55,096 nucleotides of DNA, taken from positions 1 through 55,096 of IMG/VR virus record IMGVR_UViG_3300045988_127072. One strand, written 5' to 3'. This stretch comes from a virus. Within the stretch, counting starts at the first letter, position 1. Every line of letters starts with the position of its first letter. Shown here piece after piece: positions 8,472-19,622 of the stretch. The position numbers and the translations under genes are program-made. The notes beneath the pieces are model-generated. The model ran no database searches, was not told where the DNA came from, and saw only the letters and a program-made list of their open reading frames with translations.

Positions 8472-10811
8472 TTATTTGGGCAACATGTTCTGATCCCATA
8501 CAATCTCAGAACCTTTAACCATAATTATGCGTCCTCCCATTATCTGGGTCTGATATATATAACCGTCACTTCCTTTTTGCTCGACAACCATACTATCCGG
8601 GCGGAAATATAATCTATCACTGCTAGAAGGATCGAACATGGAAATACTGGGAATCATCCCTCCAAGTCCGTACTGTAGGGAGATACTGAACAGTTCTTCT
8701 CCATTATAATCATACATTCTGATAGACGGTACGGAATACTCATCCTCAGGGGATATTACGATCTTGTAACCATTGGATGATATGACATTGACAGTACCAC
8801 TAAACTCTCCCTCTCCTTTTATCCAGATATTGCCATCCTCATCAATTTTAAAATTGCCGTTAGGTGACTTTACATTTTTAAAGATTCCGCTTTCCGCATT
8901 GACTTCCCCTCTGAACTTACCACCTAGAGCATAGATATATCCTCTCAAAAACACATCACCGCCATGAGTCGCAACAAAGTTCGCCATGTTCGCCCATTCC
9001 GCATCCGTAGGCTGGTAATCGGGGTTATTACGGAACCTCATTACGGTCAGAATCGCCTGTTCAAGTTTTCCTCCTGCCCAGAATGCCACATCATCATCGT
9101 CATTGTATATGCCGCTAACTCCGGCTGTGACCTTCTGTAACTTGCCATTCTTGTAGTTGCCTAACTGGATCATATTGGCAAGAATCAGACCACCAAGAAT
9201 ATCCACAGATCCATCCTTGATCGCACTGGCGATATAATTGATTGACTGGAAACCGGCTGTTGCCTTGTCGTTGTCAAGAATTGAAGGCTTCCAGTCAGTA
9301 GCGATGGTTCCACGCTCTAGCTGAAGGTCACAAACGGTTGCGGTACCACTGATAAGAAATATACCACTGCCATTGAAGGTGATCTTATGGGTATATCTCT
9401 GATAAGAGGATGTGAGAGGTTGAGAAACACTGAAAGAACCGCACGAAACAGACACAGACGTACCCTTTGCTTTATAACTGATAACATAACTTTCTCCTTT
9501 AATCAATGATACGGACTGGGACAAACTACCGATTGCGGCAGAGTACCCGGAGCCGGCATCACTGTCCGCAGATACGGTAGCCACACCCGTCCAATATTCC
9601 AGTTGCTTGCTAAAAAGTTCGGTATCCGCCGATAGCTCGGTAGCGGCAGACAGGTCCTCTGTCTCATAATCTCCCGTAAATCCGGAATTGCGCAACAGAT
9701 TGACACTTCCGACAGCCGCATTGTCTATCGCATCCTTGGCCTCTTGGGCAAGATCTGCGGCCGCCTGTATCTCATCCGGCAAGCCTTCCATATTCTTCCA
9801 TCCGGTGGAGCCTTTTTCGATATGGAACATACCCTTGATATCAACACCTTTATCCTGAGTGTATTCCATGTAAGTGGTCCGGTCCTTGTCACCAATATAC
9901 GTATCTCCGTACACCTTCATCCGGGCCTTGCCGGTAGACCTGTCAAAATCAAAAGATATAACGTCTTTCCCGGTCAAGGTAAAATCATTAATACCCTGAT
10001 ACATGATGATAGACGGAGAAACTTCGTTCACCGAAGAGAGAATTATCGCCGCCTGTCTGGTGATATCAGTCTTATGGCCCAATCCCACGATATCATCACC
10101 TGCCACCGGAACATCGTTCTCGACATTAGGATCACACACGGTCTTGGACAGGTCTATATAATTCTCACCTACTGCTGTGACCAACCGCCAGTAATAGCGG
10201 TTGCCGACATGATGCGAAATGCCTGTCTTGATATTGCACTCCTGTGCGATGGCGAGAGATCCCGGAGTAAACTGGTTCTCTATCTCAATTCCGTCTTCCT
10301 CTTCCTTGAAATAACAACGGTAGACATCATCCAACTCATCCACACGGTTGCATTTCATGCCTGCATGGGAAATCACCTGCTCACCACCTACATACGTCTT
10401 CTTCTTTACTTCAAGCTCGTCAAAAACGGCTTTGACCTTGACATACAGATAATCAACAACAGCCTGTGACATACCGTTCTCAAGTACAGTGATTCCACTA
10501 CCGTTCTTACCAATCAAAAGACCTTTTAAAAAAGTGATCAGCTCATTGGCGATATCTTCTTTATCTTTACGAAGGAAGTATTTGGAAAGTTCCTCTATAT
10601 TTGCACTTCCCGATATGGCAACAACCCGGTCTTTATTGGTCCTTATGTAAATAGAAGGATTCTTATCATCATTATGTATGTATATCTCACCCTCATTCAA
10701 CCCTTCCAATCGCTTTTCAAATGATGGGGATATTTTCGGTATAATCGGATTTCCTTCTGCATCCGTTTCCGAACCGTACCACAATATCTTTATAGGATGA
10801 TTTCTAGCCAT
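8472..10811 (-). CDS. tail fibre/baseplate protein with jelly-roll carbohydrate-binding-like central domain
   Basis: 779 aa. Central LLRNSGFTGDYE...LERGTIATDWKPS resembles galactose-binding-like phage tail domains. Call also rests on position in the tail module. Confidence 0.6.
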   Translation of the reverse strand: MARNHPIKILWYGSETDAEGNPIIPKISPSFEKRLEGLNEGEIYIHNDDKNPSIYIRTNKDRVVAISGSANIEELSKYFLRKDKEDIANELITFLKGLLIGKNGSGITVLENGMSQAVVDYLYVKVKAVFDELEVKKKTYVGGEQVISHAGMKCNRVDELDDVYRCYFKEEEDGIEIENQFTPGSLAIAQECNIKTGISHHVGNRYYWRLVTAVGENYIDLSKTVCDPNVENDVPVAGDDIVGLGHKTDITRQAAIILSSVNEVSPSIIMYQGINDFTLTGKDVISFDFDRSTGKARMKVYGDTYIGDKDRTTYMEYTQDKGVDIKGMFHIEKGSTGWKNMEGLPDEIQAAADLAQEAKDAIDNAAVGSVNLLRNSGFTGDYETEDLSAATELSADTELFSKQLEYWTGVATVSADSDAGSGYSAAIGSLSQSVSLIKGESYVISYKAKGTSVSVSCGSFSVSQPLTSSYQRYTHKITFNGSGIFLISGTATVCDLQLERGTIATDWKPSILDNDKATAGFQSINYIASAIKDGSVDILGGLILANMIQLGNYKNGKLQKVTAGVSGIYNDDDDVAFWAGGKLEQAILTVMRFRNNPDYQPTDAEWANMANFVATHGGDVFLRGYIYALGGKFRGEVNAESGIFKNVKSPNGNFKIDEDGNIWIKGEGEFSGTVNVISSNGYKIVISPEDEYSVPSIRMYDYNGEELFSISLQYGLGGMIPSISMFDPSSSDRLYFRPDSMVVEQKGSDGYIYQTQIMGGRIIMVKGSEIVWDQNMLPK

Positions 10812-10813
10812 GA

Positions 10814-11674
10814 TTACACATAATTTTCATTAACAAAAGCAGCTTGCGCCTTCTTGTATTTTAACACATCGTCCTCTTCAGGATTAGTTAGCAAAAATGC
10901 TATACCTGAAGAAGAAGTTGCGATCTCAGTTTTGCCTCCGATCCCAGCAATATCGTTTTCTCTAGGGCGTAAAGTCACTTTATATATAAACATCTGTTTT
11001 TTACCTATTGTATCAAGCTTTTCCGGGACAGAATCCCCTTCCCGTACATACAAATTACCGTCTATGTTAACGTGAGAAAGGCAAAGTAACTTATTTATGA
11101 ACTCCGCTATATAATACGGAACACCACGACTTGTCCCAAATACAAAATCAAATGTCTTATAAGGAAGAGAATACATTTCTATTATCTCCTGCTTCTGGTT
11201 CACGAACTGTTCGTTCTCAACTTTTAAGTCCACCCCATCCGGTTTGAATCCTCCTATTATTCTGAACTGAAACATCTGCTGAACATCATCAATCCAGAAT
11301 ATATTATCAAATGCAGAATTATTATCCTTATGGGAATATTCAATCAATATAGAATCACCTATATTCTCACACACACAGAATTCCTCACATTCCTTATCGC
11401 CTATAGTTACTGTATATATCCCCTCCGAAGGAGATAATGAGGCATAATACATCTTAACGCTTTCATTAACATCATAAGTGAGCAGTGCTATTGACGAGGA
11501 GATATTGCCAATCTTATCATTCAAAGAAGCCAAAGGTATTTCACCGTTATCGCAGAAAATTTGCAGCAAAATGTTGTCTGACAAGGAAAATACTTGTCTG
11601 AAACATCCTGCATTTGAATATTTATATTTCAGCGGTTTGAAGAATAACGGGCAAACATCTCCGATTGATATCAT
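10814..11674 (-). CDS. hypothetical baseplate/tail protein
   Basis: 286-aa ORF, 2-nt spacing to the next gene; call is positional only. Confidence 0.55.
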   Translation of the reverse strand: MISIGDVCPLFFKPLKYKYSNAGCFRQVFSLSDNILLQIFCDNGEIPLASLNDKIGNISSSIALLTYDVNESVKMYYASLSPSEGIYTVTIGDKECEEFCVCENIGDSILIEYSHKDNNSAFDNIFWIDDVQQMFQFRIIGGFKPDGVDLKVENEQFVNQKQEIIEMYSLPYKTFDFVFGTSRGVPYYIAEFINKLLCLSHVNIDGNLYVREGDSVPEKLDTIGKKQMFIYKVTLRPRENDIAGIGGKTEIATSSSGIAFLLTNPEEDDVLKYKKAQAAFVNENYV

Positions 11675-11750
11675 GGTCTTTTCGTTAGTTTCTAGCAGCT
11701 TGAGACTTCACAAGCTTTCATTGCAAATATAATAATTAAAAATTGAATCT

Positions 11751-13784
11751 TTATAAAGAATTAGAATTTTTCACAATCAAAGTTACCTTTGAACTTTGTG
11801 ATTTTGTGAAATTGTAATCAGCCTGCTGATAATATCCCTGTATAACCTTGCCTTGATGTTCAAATTCAACAATTCCTGTAAGATCTTCCGGAAGCTCTAC
11901 ATCCGAAGTTTCAAATTCTACTTCCGCCACAGTAAACATCCTTTTTGAAAGAATTATATCCCTGCTTTCCCCCATTCCATCAATACCCACATCACTATTA
12001 CCATCTGAAGACGCAAAAGTAAGCATCTCAACAGATGAACCGATATATGCTTCATTGGCCAAAACCATAGAAGAAGGAGAAAACATGGCATTGAACATTG
12101 TGTCAGGGCTGAGAACGCCACCCATAAGATAATCCCTGTTCAATATATACTTAAATCCAGACGAATCAGATTTCACCCCTACCATAAATAAATCAGTGTC
12201 ACTTTCGTTGTCTGTAGTATCTTCACCTATCTTGTCAGCAAGGAACTCTATGCCGTATGCGTCCGCACGGTATGGAGATATCATTTCAAGGCTATTGTCC
12301 GTCATGGTCACGCCTGTGGTATATTCATTCGTAAAACGAAACTCATCCTTACCATTAGCCGTGTCGTAATCCTGTTTGTCAAAGCCTATCCGTATGCGCG
12401 AATACACCAATGCGGAATTAACCTTCATCTCGTAATCGGATAAATCATCTATTTTTTTGACAACATCATCCGAGAAGTATTTGCCTCTGTGCCGGAAAGT
12501 TATCGTATTGCCGGATATGTCATAAGCGTATCCGAACACATAACTCATCCAACTTGCAAATTTGGTGAAGGATGTATATATTTTGGCTCCAGAAATCTTA
12601 CGGGCTGATTCAGCCGCCAAGAGCATACAATTATCAAGCCTTCTATCTCCTGTCCCCTCAATCACTCCAGTCAAACCATCTTTCTCTCCATTAATACTTT
12701 TAAGCAGTCTGTTCAGCAATGTATCGGGCTTTATAACATCCATCTCAACAGGGTTTATTCGATTTTTCCACGATACTGTAACACGGCTATCCGAAGACAT
12801 GGGATAATACACACGGGCACTACCTCCGCCTATCAATGTACATTCAAGTTTGCACATCAGGACAAGTTTTTCTCCCTTGTCTAATGGCACATCAAAATGC
12901 TCCGAATATTCCTTTTCCTGCAATGTTTCTTCGGGAGTAGTCCAAAAATGTTCTATTATCACTGTCGTTGTCTTGTTGTCCGTGCCGATTTTCGCCAGAC
13001 GGAGAGCAACTCCATGAGCAGATCCCCATGCTAGCGACTGATAACGAATGAAAAAATTAAAATTGATATCAACAGATAGTTTGACGCTTTTCAAAGCTGT
13101 TACAATGGTATTCTCATCCTTGTATCCGTCCGCCACGTTGCCATCACCATCAAGATACTGGTCTTGAAATGCCATATACGATTGGTCTAATATCTCCGTT
13201 GCATTGCCTATGTTGATATCTGTTGCCTCCGTATATAATTGCATAGGCTGCCAATTGGAAGAAAAGTTTGCATATACGTACTTGTCATTATCCAATAGAT
13301 CACCTATCTCACCATTATATATGTCACCTGTGGATAGCCATTTTGCCGATTCTGAAAGTTCAAGCCCGTCATAAACAAGAGGAATGGGGCTTTTCACCTC
13401 TTCAACAGGATATTCATATTGGGTTCCCCTTTTAGCCTTTATCATGGACGCCACGCTATCATCCACGGCATTTATCTGTAAGATACGACCATTATCCTGC
13501 AATGTAGAGAAATTGAGAGCGCAACTAAACCGTTCATTATACAACCAACTGTTATTTCTTGTACTTATTATTATTGAAGCGGAAGCATTCAGATAATCTT
13601 CATCATATTGTTTTAACAGCAATCTTCTAGCATCCCCAGCAAAAGAAAATTTGTTAGAAAAAGTACGGATAACACCGTCATAGTCATTTCTCTTGAAACT
13701 AGCCTTCACCTCGTCCCAATTCTCAAGATCATCAGTAACCCTGTACTTCAGACCATTTATAAGTAACTCACATCGATAATACAT
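11751..13784 (-). CDS. distal tail / tail-tip protein (positional call)
   Basis: 677-aa ORF, second gene after the tape measure. Confidence 0.5.
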   Translation of the reverse strand: MYYRCELLINGLKYRVTDDLENWDEVKASFKRNDYDGVIRTFSNKFSFAGDARRLLLKQYDEDYLNASASIIISTRNNSWLYNERFSCALNFSTLQDNGRILQINAVDDSVASMIKAKRGTQYEYPVEEVKSPIPLVYDGLELSESAKWLSTGDIYNGEIGDLLDNDKYVYANFSSNWQPMQLYTEATDINIGNATEILDQSYMAFQDQYLDGDGNVADGYKDENTIVTALKSVKLSVDINFNFFIRYQSLAWGSAHGVALRLAKIGTDNKTTTVIIEHFWTTPEETLQEKEYSEHFDVPLDKGEKLVLMCKLECTLIGGGSARVYYPMSSDSRVTVSWKNRINPVEMDVIKPDTLLNRLLKSINGEKDGLTGVIEGTGDRRLDNCMLLAAESARKISGAKIYTSFTKFASWMSYVFGYAYDISGNTITFRHRGKYFSDDVVKKIDDLSDYEMKVNSALVYSRIRIGFDKQDYDTANGKDEFRFTNEYTTGVTMTDNSLEMISPYRADAYGIEFLADKIGEDTTDNESDTDLFMVGVKSDSSGFKYILNRDYLMGGVLSPDTMFNAMFSPSSMVLANEAYIGSSVEMLTFASSDGNSDVGIDGMGESRDIILSKRMFTVAEVEFETSDVELPEDLTGIVEFEHQGKVIQGYYQQADYNFTKSQSSKVTLIVKNSNSL

Positions 13785-13786
13785 AA

Positions 13787-14347
13787 TTATTTCTTTTTAC
13801 GATTCAATTCATCGATTTCATCGCATGTCTGCCTTACAAGACAGGCATAAGATCCGGCGGTCCATTCTTTCGGATTGATATGCATCTTATTATATTTTCC
13901 AATAGCGACAACTTCATTTATAAACCCCCGTTTTGTAGGCTTCTCCTTCGGTTCCTCATTCTTTTCCTTACTTATCTTATCCAAATCATATTGTGCACGG
14001 GATTTTAACGCGGATATTCTAGCATTCATGGCCATTACATCAGCTTTCTTGCACGAATAACCTATCTTCATCAGAATATCACGCACCTCATCATACATTT
14101 TCAACTTCATCATGTTCTCACATGCCTTCATGCACTCCACGGTCATTGCGAGATTCATACGTTCATTACAATTCAATATCTCAGAGGACAACTGTTTGCT
14201 CCCAACAATTTCTATATAGTCATTGATAATTTTTGCCGATGCGGCCCCTTTGTCCTCACCGTCAAATTCGATAGTATTGCTATCATTGGTATAAATCTCT
14301 ATAAAAACGGACAAGGGAAGTTCATATATGTCACTTGTATACCTCAT
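13787..14347 (-). CDS. hypothetical protein downstream of tape measure
   Basis: 186-aa ORF, 2-nt gap to neighbours on both sides. Confidence 0.55.
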   Translation of the reverse strand: MRYTSDIYELPLSVFIEIYTNDSNTIEFDGEDKGAASAKIINDYIEIVGSKQLSSEILNCNERMNLAMTVECMKACENMMKLKMYDEVRDILMKIGYSCKKADVMAMNARISALKSRAQYDLDKISKEKNEEPKEKPTKRGFINEVVAIGKYNKMHINPKEWTAGSYACLVRQTCDEIDELNRKKK

Positions 14348-14349
14348 AA

Positions 14350-17300
14350 TCAGATACTTTTTGAAAATTGCTGATAATTGTTTTCTCTTATCGCCTTGGC
14401 TAATTTTGCAAATCCTATCTGCTGTGATTTTTCCAGATGCCCTATCTTTTTCTCCAGTTCGCTATAATCATTAACTATTGATACAGGAGGAAGATTGTTT
14501 TCGCTTCTATATGCCATAAGACCATCAAAATCATTTGCATGAGCCTTTATCCTATCCATATCCACAGCATAAGGTATAACCTTCGCACCTTTAGGGATGT
14601 CAACCAAAGTAGGGACAGACGGAGTAATATACGCCCCTTTATCTGTAACGATCGTTTCGGAAACGCCACCATCACCCACTACAGCCAATCCGCCTTTATG
14701 CGAATCAGTACCCTTGGCGTATTTCGGAATAGGAGTCGCTATAATAGTAGCAAGCTGTATCGCCCCCATAGCACCTAGAGCAGCTATCATAGGTATTGCA
14801 GCAGGGAAACCCAATTGTTTTATCGTCTGCAAAATACCACCTGCTATCTGTATAGCCGCTTCAGCTATACTGGTAGCTTTCTCAAACTTTGCTTGTTTTG
14901 TTCTTAATGCAGCTTTTTTCTTCTCCAATTCGGCATTCTTTTGTGCCGTTTTATCTTCCGCCGCACGTTTACGCGCTTCGGCTTCTTCTGTTGTTATAGC
15001 CCCTTTTTCTTCTAAAGCCTCTATACGGGAAATTTCCTCTTCACCAGCTTTCTCATTCGCTTCCTGTTCAGCCTCAACAGCCTCAATCTGGCGATCATAA
15101 ATGGATGATATCATTTCACCAATTCCACTAACCATAGAAGCCCACATCTCGGTGGTTCTTTCCATCTTCTCACCGTCTGTAAGTTCTTTCCAAACACCCG
15201 ATATCTTATCAGACATAATACTGAATCCCTTATCCATCCCGTCAAATATACCGGCAAACGGACTATCGATATCCGATGCAAGATCTTTCAATGCAGAAGA
15301 ATAACCTTTCAACGCTTCAAAATTCCTTCGTGTAATATCCTGTTGCTCTTCCGCTTTTTTCACCTGATCATCCGCATTTATGGAACCTATCTCTGCTTCC
15401 ATTGCCTTTATGGATTCTCTCAGCATTTCAATCTGTTGCTTGCTTACCACGCCCGATGCTTCCGCTATCTCGATCATTTTTTCAGTAGCATCTATCTGTA
15501 TCTGCAATTGCTCGTTTGCGGCTTGCTTCTCCAATTCACGCATGGCTTCATCATATTCTTTTCGCGACATCAGCCCTTTTGAATAATTTTGTGTTATAAT
15601 GTTTTCAAGCTCCTTATATCCAGTACTTGTAGCTGCTATACGGAGAGATGATTGTTCTTCTTCCAGTCTTAGCATCTCATCGGTATACTTTTTCTTTTCC
15701 TCGATCCTTTTTTCTTCGGCCTCTGCCAACTTCTTAGCATATTCCTCATTCTCTTTCGCTACCTTCTGCTTTCTCTCTTGAACCAACATTTCCCGGAGTT
15801 TGTTCTCTTCCTCAGAATATCCCTTTATAACTGCTATCTGGTCTTTATATTCTTTCTCTATGGCAGCAAGATTACGCTGGTGCTCATCCTCTATAAGAGA
15901 AACGGACAAGTCAGCCATTTTATTCCTAAGATTCTCTATATATTGTGCTAGATCATTTGCGGCTTTATCAACAGAATGAGGATCAAATGTAACATCTTCA
16001 ATATCAATAGAATTTGCTATATCTTTACTAGCTTTATCTATCCGATATATCTGATTTAATATAGAACCTATTTCTTCATCCAAATCTTCAACCTGCTCGT
16101 TTAATTTCCCATACATATCTCTAGCTGTATCCATAGCTGCCCCTTGACTGGATTCATATTGTGCTTTCATCTGGTCTCTAGCAGATTCAAGTTTCGTACG
16201 TTTTTCTTCTTTTTCTGCCAATTGATCTTCCAATTCTAATTTTTGCTTAGCCTGTTCCACAAGACGATCTTGCACAGCTCTAGCTTTAGCCGAAGCTAAT
16301 ATGGCATTAGATAACCTTTGATAACTATCAGCCGCTTTACCTGCAAGAATGTTTTCATCACTTATATTTTTAAAGTATGAAGGATATTGCTTCTTCAGTT
16401 CCTCAACGGCTTTTTTCCGCTCTCCCATAGGTTTATTCAAATTGACAGCAGCCCTATATAATATATCCAATTTAACAGCTTCATCTTGGGCATTTTTCAC
16501 ACCTTCTTTTTGAGCTTTATTCAAATCCTCCTGAAGCTGTTTTAGATAATCAATTTCTTTTCTCGCATCAAACAGGCTACCCACCCATTTGGTTATCTCA
16601 CCTCCATAACTCGATAAAAGAGTTGTCCCAACAACTAAAGCCGTCTGCCAACTAAGAAGGGAACTCAATACCTGTTTAAATACAGGTGTAGCAGTCTGCC
16701 CCGATTTCTTAAGAAGTTCATATTCCCCCCTTGCTTTCTTTAACTCATCAATAAATATAGGAAGGTTATTGGATATGGCAAGAAAGAAAGTATTGGCACT
16801 AACAGACAAAGCCGGAAGTTCTCTCGCAATCTGTTGTATGGAAACATTAAGACCATTCCAACCCGAAGCATAATTACCCACATTACGTTGGTAATTGCCC
16901 ATCTGTGCATCTATATCCTTTAATTGTTGATTCAACTTGCCGATATTGTTCAAGATATCCATACCTTTTGCTCCCTCGCGTGCAGCTTGTGAAAGGTTAT
17001 AATATTCCTCTTCCAACTGAAGCATTGAAGCCTTCATCTCGTTATAGCTTCCTGCTGTGGCAATCGCTACCTGCGTATGATTTCTCAATATCGCCGAATA
17101 CTGTTTATTCTGCTCTGTCAGCATGCGTAACTGGGATACCGTAGCATCTCTTTTGGACTTGTATTCCTCTTCGCTGATAGAACCTGTCTTATACTCCTTC
17201 GATAATTCCCTCAGAGATGTTCTTAAGGCTGAAATTGTTTCTTTGTTATCACTTAATCTACTGTTCAATTCGGCGGCTTGTGCATCAAAAGCCTTTACCG

Positions 17301-17766
17301 TCTGACGGATTGAATCAAAATCAGCAGCAGTCATGGATATTTTCTTGGATGCCTCTTGGAATGAAACAGAAGCAGTTTCCGCATCCTGTGACACGTTTTT
17401 CAAGTCTTCGGAAGCGCCTCTCAGATTTATTTTCACTTCCGTTATCTTATCTGCCAATGTATTCAATGGTTTGGTAAGAAGCTCTATCTTACGGGAAATA
17501 TCAGTCAATAACTTTAATTGACTAGTCTGTAATTCAGACAATCTATTTTGAGAAGCATATAATTTGGTTATTGTAGCATTATAACTGTCAACCTTAGACT
17601 GGTATTCTTTTAGATTACCCGGCTTAAAATTTATGCCTTCACTTAATTGTTTTGTGAAATTCGCATATTCGGAAGATGTGGTTTGAATATTAATCCTTAT
17701 CTCATTTAACTTCTTAACGATGTTAGGATCAATCGCATCAGTAATTTTAAATTCTGCTCCTGCCAT
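14350..17766 (-). CDS. tape measure protein
   Basis: 1138 aa. Long Glu/Lys/Ala/Gln-rich coiled coils, hydrophobic segments (ALVVGTTLLSSYGG; FPAAIPMIAALGAMGAIQLATIIA), and its position in the tail module. Confidence 0.85.
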   Translation of the reverse strand: MAGAEFKITDAIDPNIVKKLNEIRINIQTTSSEYANFTKQLSEGINFKPGNLKEYQSKVDSYNATITKLYASQNRLSELQTSQLKLLTDISRKIELLTKPLNTLADKITEVKINLRGASEDLKNVSQDAETASVSFQEASKKISMTAADFDSIRQTVKAFDAQAAELNSRLSDNKETISALRTSLRELSKEYKTGSISEEEYKSKRDATVSQLRMLTEQNKQYSAILRNHTQVAIATAGSYNEMKASMLQLEEEYYNLSQAAREGAKGMDILNNIGKLNQQLKDIDAQMGNYQRNVGNYASGWNGLNVSIQQIARELPALSVSANTFFLAISNNLPIFIDELKKARGEYELLKKSGQTATPVFKQVLSSLLSWQTALVVGTTLLSSYGGEITKWVGSLFDARKEIDYLKQLQEDLNKAQKEGVKNAQDEAVKLDILYRAAVNLNKPMGERKKAVEELKKQYPSYFKNISDENILAGKAADSYQRLSNAILASAKARAVQDRLVEQAKQKLELEDQLAEKEEKRTKLESARDQMKAQYESSQGAAMDTARDMYGKLNEQVEDLDEEIGSILNQIYRIDKASKDIANSIDIEDVTFDPHSVDKAANDLAQYIENLRNKMADLSVSLIEDEHQRNLAAIEKEYKDQIAVIKGYSEEENKLREMLVQERKQKVAKENEEYAKKLAEAEEKRIEEKKKYTDEMLRLEEEQSSLRIAATSTGYKELENIITQNYSKGLMSRKEYDEAMRELEKQAANEQLQIQIDATEKMIEIAEASGVVSKQQIEMLRESIKAMEAEIGSINADDQVKKAEEQQDITRRNFEALKGYSSALKDLASDIDSPFAGIFDGMDKGFSIMSDKISGVWKELTDGEKMERTTEMWASMVSGIGEMISSIYDRQIEAVEAEQEANEKAGEEEISRIEALEEKGAITTEEAEARKRAAEDKTAQKNAELEKKKAALRTKQAKFEKATSIAEAAIQIAGGILQTIKQLGFPAAIPMIAALGAMGAIQLATIIATPIPKYAKGTDSHKGGLAVVGDGGVSETIVTDKGAYITPSVPTLVDIPKGAKVIPYAVDMDRIKAHANDFDGLMAYRSENNLPPVSIVNDYSELEKKIGHLEKSQQIGFAKLAKAIRENNYQQFSKSI

Positions 17767-17855
17767 GGTCTTTTCGTAAGTTTTGGGTGATGCATGACTT
17801 CATGCACCTTCTAAGAGCAAAGATAGTGATTTTATTGATATTATGAAGATAAGGG

Positions 17856-17886
17856 AATAAAAAAGGGAGAAGCAAAAACTTCTCCC
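17856..17886 (-). terminator. rho-independent terminator after the DUF4468-like gene
   Basis: Minus strand reads GGGAGAAG tttttg CTTCTCCC followed by TTTTTTATT. Confidence 0.75.
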
Positions 17887-17908
17887 CGTGAAAAATAATT
17901 TATTTAAA

Positions 17909-18613
17909 TTACCAATCATCATTTTCATTGCCTACAAGACCATTCTTCACTGCTTCTTCTATTTTATCCATAATAACATTGGAATATGCATGAGCCATAA
18001 TCAATGCTTTAGATGATGTTTTCTTTGCCTTATGCTGATCCTTGGGACTGAAAGGATAACATGTTTCTATACCCCATTTTTCTATTTTCTTTGTCGTGTC
18101 CGCAGGCTGTCCTGTTGTACCAGCAGAAAAAGCTCCCATCCATCCACCTCCGATGTTCTGCTCAACCTCATAATATTGAAGCGTATATGTAACACGAATT
18201 TTTTTATCTTTAATATCAACTTTTATAACAGGGTGGATGTTAACATTATAAGCTGTCATTCCTCCAATATGTTGAGCGATTCCTCCCACAAATCCTTTAG
18301 CAATAATTACTCCCGCATCCTTATCATTCAATTTAATTACTGAGTTCGCATCGTTAAAAGATTCCGCAAACCAATGGTTTAAAGTAATATATAGCTGCTC
18401 TTTAGTCTGTTCCCCACAATCAATTATTTGCTCATAGGTCAAACTCTGATTCTTATCTAATACCAATGAAGAGCCTAAATTTTCGGCCGCATCCACCCAC
18501 TTATCACCATAATTTTCCTTTGCATATTTTTCTAATTCTTCCGCTCTCATTACTTGAGCACTCAGATTCATACTGAATAATGAAACAATCATTAAAAATA
18601 ATACTTTTTTCAT
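17909..18613 (-). CDS. secreted protein with signal peptide (DUF4468-like), moron
   Basis: N-terminus MKKVLFLMIVSLFSMNLSAQ. Has its own terminator and a 250-bp ORF-poor upstream region. Interrupts the tail operon. Confidence 0.7.
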   Translation of the reverse strand: MKKVLFLMIVSLFSMNLSAQVMRAEELEKYAKENYGDKWVDAAENLGSSLVLDKNQSLTYEQIIDCGEQTKEQLYITLNHWFAESFNDANSVIKLNDKDAGVIIAKGFVGGIAQHIGGMTAYNVNIHPVIKVDIKDKKIRVTYTLQYYEVEQNIGGGWMGAFSAGTTGQPADTTKKIEKWGIETCYPFSPKDQHKAKKTSSKALIMAHAYSNVIMDKIEEAVKNGLVGNENDDW

Positions 18614-18864
18614 ATAGTTATAATAATTTGGTCATTTTCAGCAAAGTAATATACTTTTAAAATCAAATCAAAACATTTCAACGTATTTGTTTGCAATTTA
18701 GAATGTTGTCTAAATAAATTATAAACATAGCATTTCAATCTTCATGTTTAAATTTCACCTTCTCACTTCTTTTCCCAGTGCATACAATCAGTTTGAGATG
18801 CTTGCCGTATATCCGTTCAAGTCTATTATTTTGTTCTTTCATTTTTTGAAGTATAATTTCAAGT

Positions 18865-19377
18865 TTATCTATTGTTTTCATAGTCTTTTCGGGTTATGTT
18901 GCGAATCGCAACGTTAACAGATGTAAATAGTCTGCCCACCTCGTAAGATAAGGTGGGAAAGACTTGATTAATAAATAATAACTCCTCTATCTTATTATCA
19001 ACCCAAATAGCAAAGTCAGTGGATAACTTTTGAGCGACACGGATTGCAACACGGTGATGCGCCCATGTGCCTTGTTGTGACACATCTCCTCCCTTTGTAA
19101 CTTGCAGTAAATCAGCCGAACTACAATTTTGTATTTCGCTCATTCGGGCTACATAATCGGTTAACTCCTTTGAGTTTACAATGTGAGAAAGGTTCTTGTC
19201 GGGGAATGGTTTTGCAAAGTCGGTAAGGCATACAAAAATATACCCATTCATTTTGCGCATTCTTACACTATTCCCATTATAAGAGAATATTTGCCCCATG
19301 TCGGAAGGGCTTGCCGTACCTAACACAGCAACGCTATTGCTGTTTGAGTAATTTTCATTCAACTGTAGCATAAACAA
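18865..19377 (-). CDS. KilA-N domain protein
   Basis: NGYIFVCLTDFAK...QGTWAHHRVAIRVAQKLSTDFAIWVDNKIEEL matches the KilA-N pattern. The start codon is uncertain. Confidence 0.6.
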   Translation of the reverse strand: MFMLQLNENYSNSNSVAVLGTASPSDMGQIFSYNGNSVRMRKMNGYIFVCLTDFAKPFPDKNLSHIVNSKELTDYVARMSEIQNCSSADLLQVTKGGDVSQQGTWAHHRVAIRVAQKLSTDFAIWVDNKIEELLFINQVFPTLSYEVGRLFTSVNVAIRNITRKDYENNR

Positions 19378-19622
19378 TGAAAATTATTTGCCCTTGATTT
19401 ATGATAGGGGTAATTACCCATATCATAATTTTCTCTTTCCATTATAGTGTAAATGAACTCTTTAGTGGAAGATAAACCGAAGTAGTCATTAACTTCCTTC
19501 TTCATACCTTTTAATTGATTCCACTGTTTCAATAAATTTGTAGCGTTGAAAAACGCATCTTTAGTTCTCTGAATTACTTTAAAATCACCCATTGGGCGAA
19601 TCATGATTTGGTTCGTTTTCAT
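19359..19622 (-). CDS. KilA-N-like protein, N-terminal part only (truncated paralogue?)
   Basis: Trimmed to the ATG at 19622 (MKTNQIMIRPMG...DAFFNATNLLKQW...). Lacks the GTW...W C-terminal half. Confidence 0.45.
   Translation of the reverse strand: MKTNQIMIRPMGDFKVIQRTKDAFFNATNLLKQWNQLKGMKKEVNDYFGLSSTKEFIYTIMERENYDMGNYPYHKSRANNFHCLCYS

Noticed and set aside
9744-10469. 241-aa plus-strand ORF
   Set aside because: It lies entirely antisense within the well-supported 779-aa tail gene, has an odd composition and no neighbouring plus-strand genes or signals. The same reasoning applies to other plus ORFs inside the tape measure gene (for example 14597..15100) and the fibre genes.
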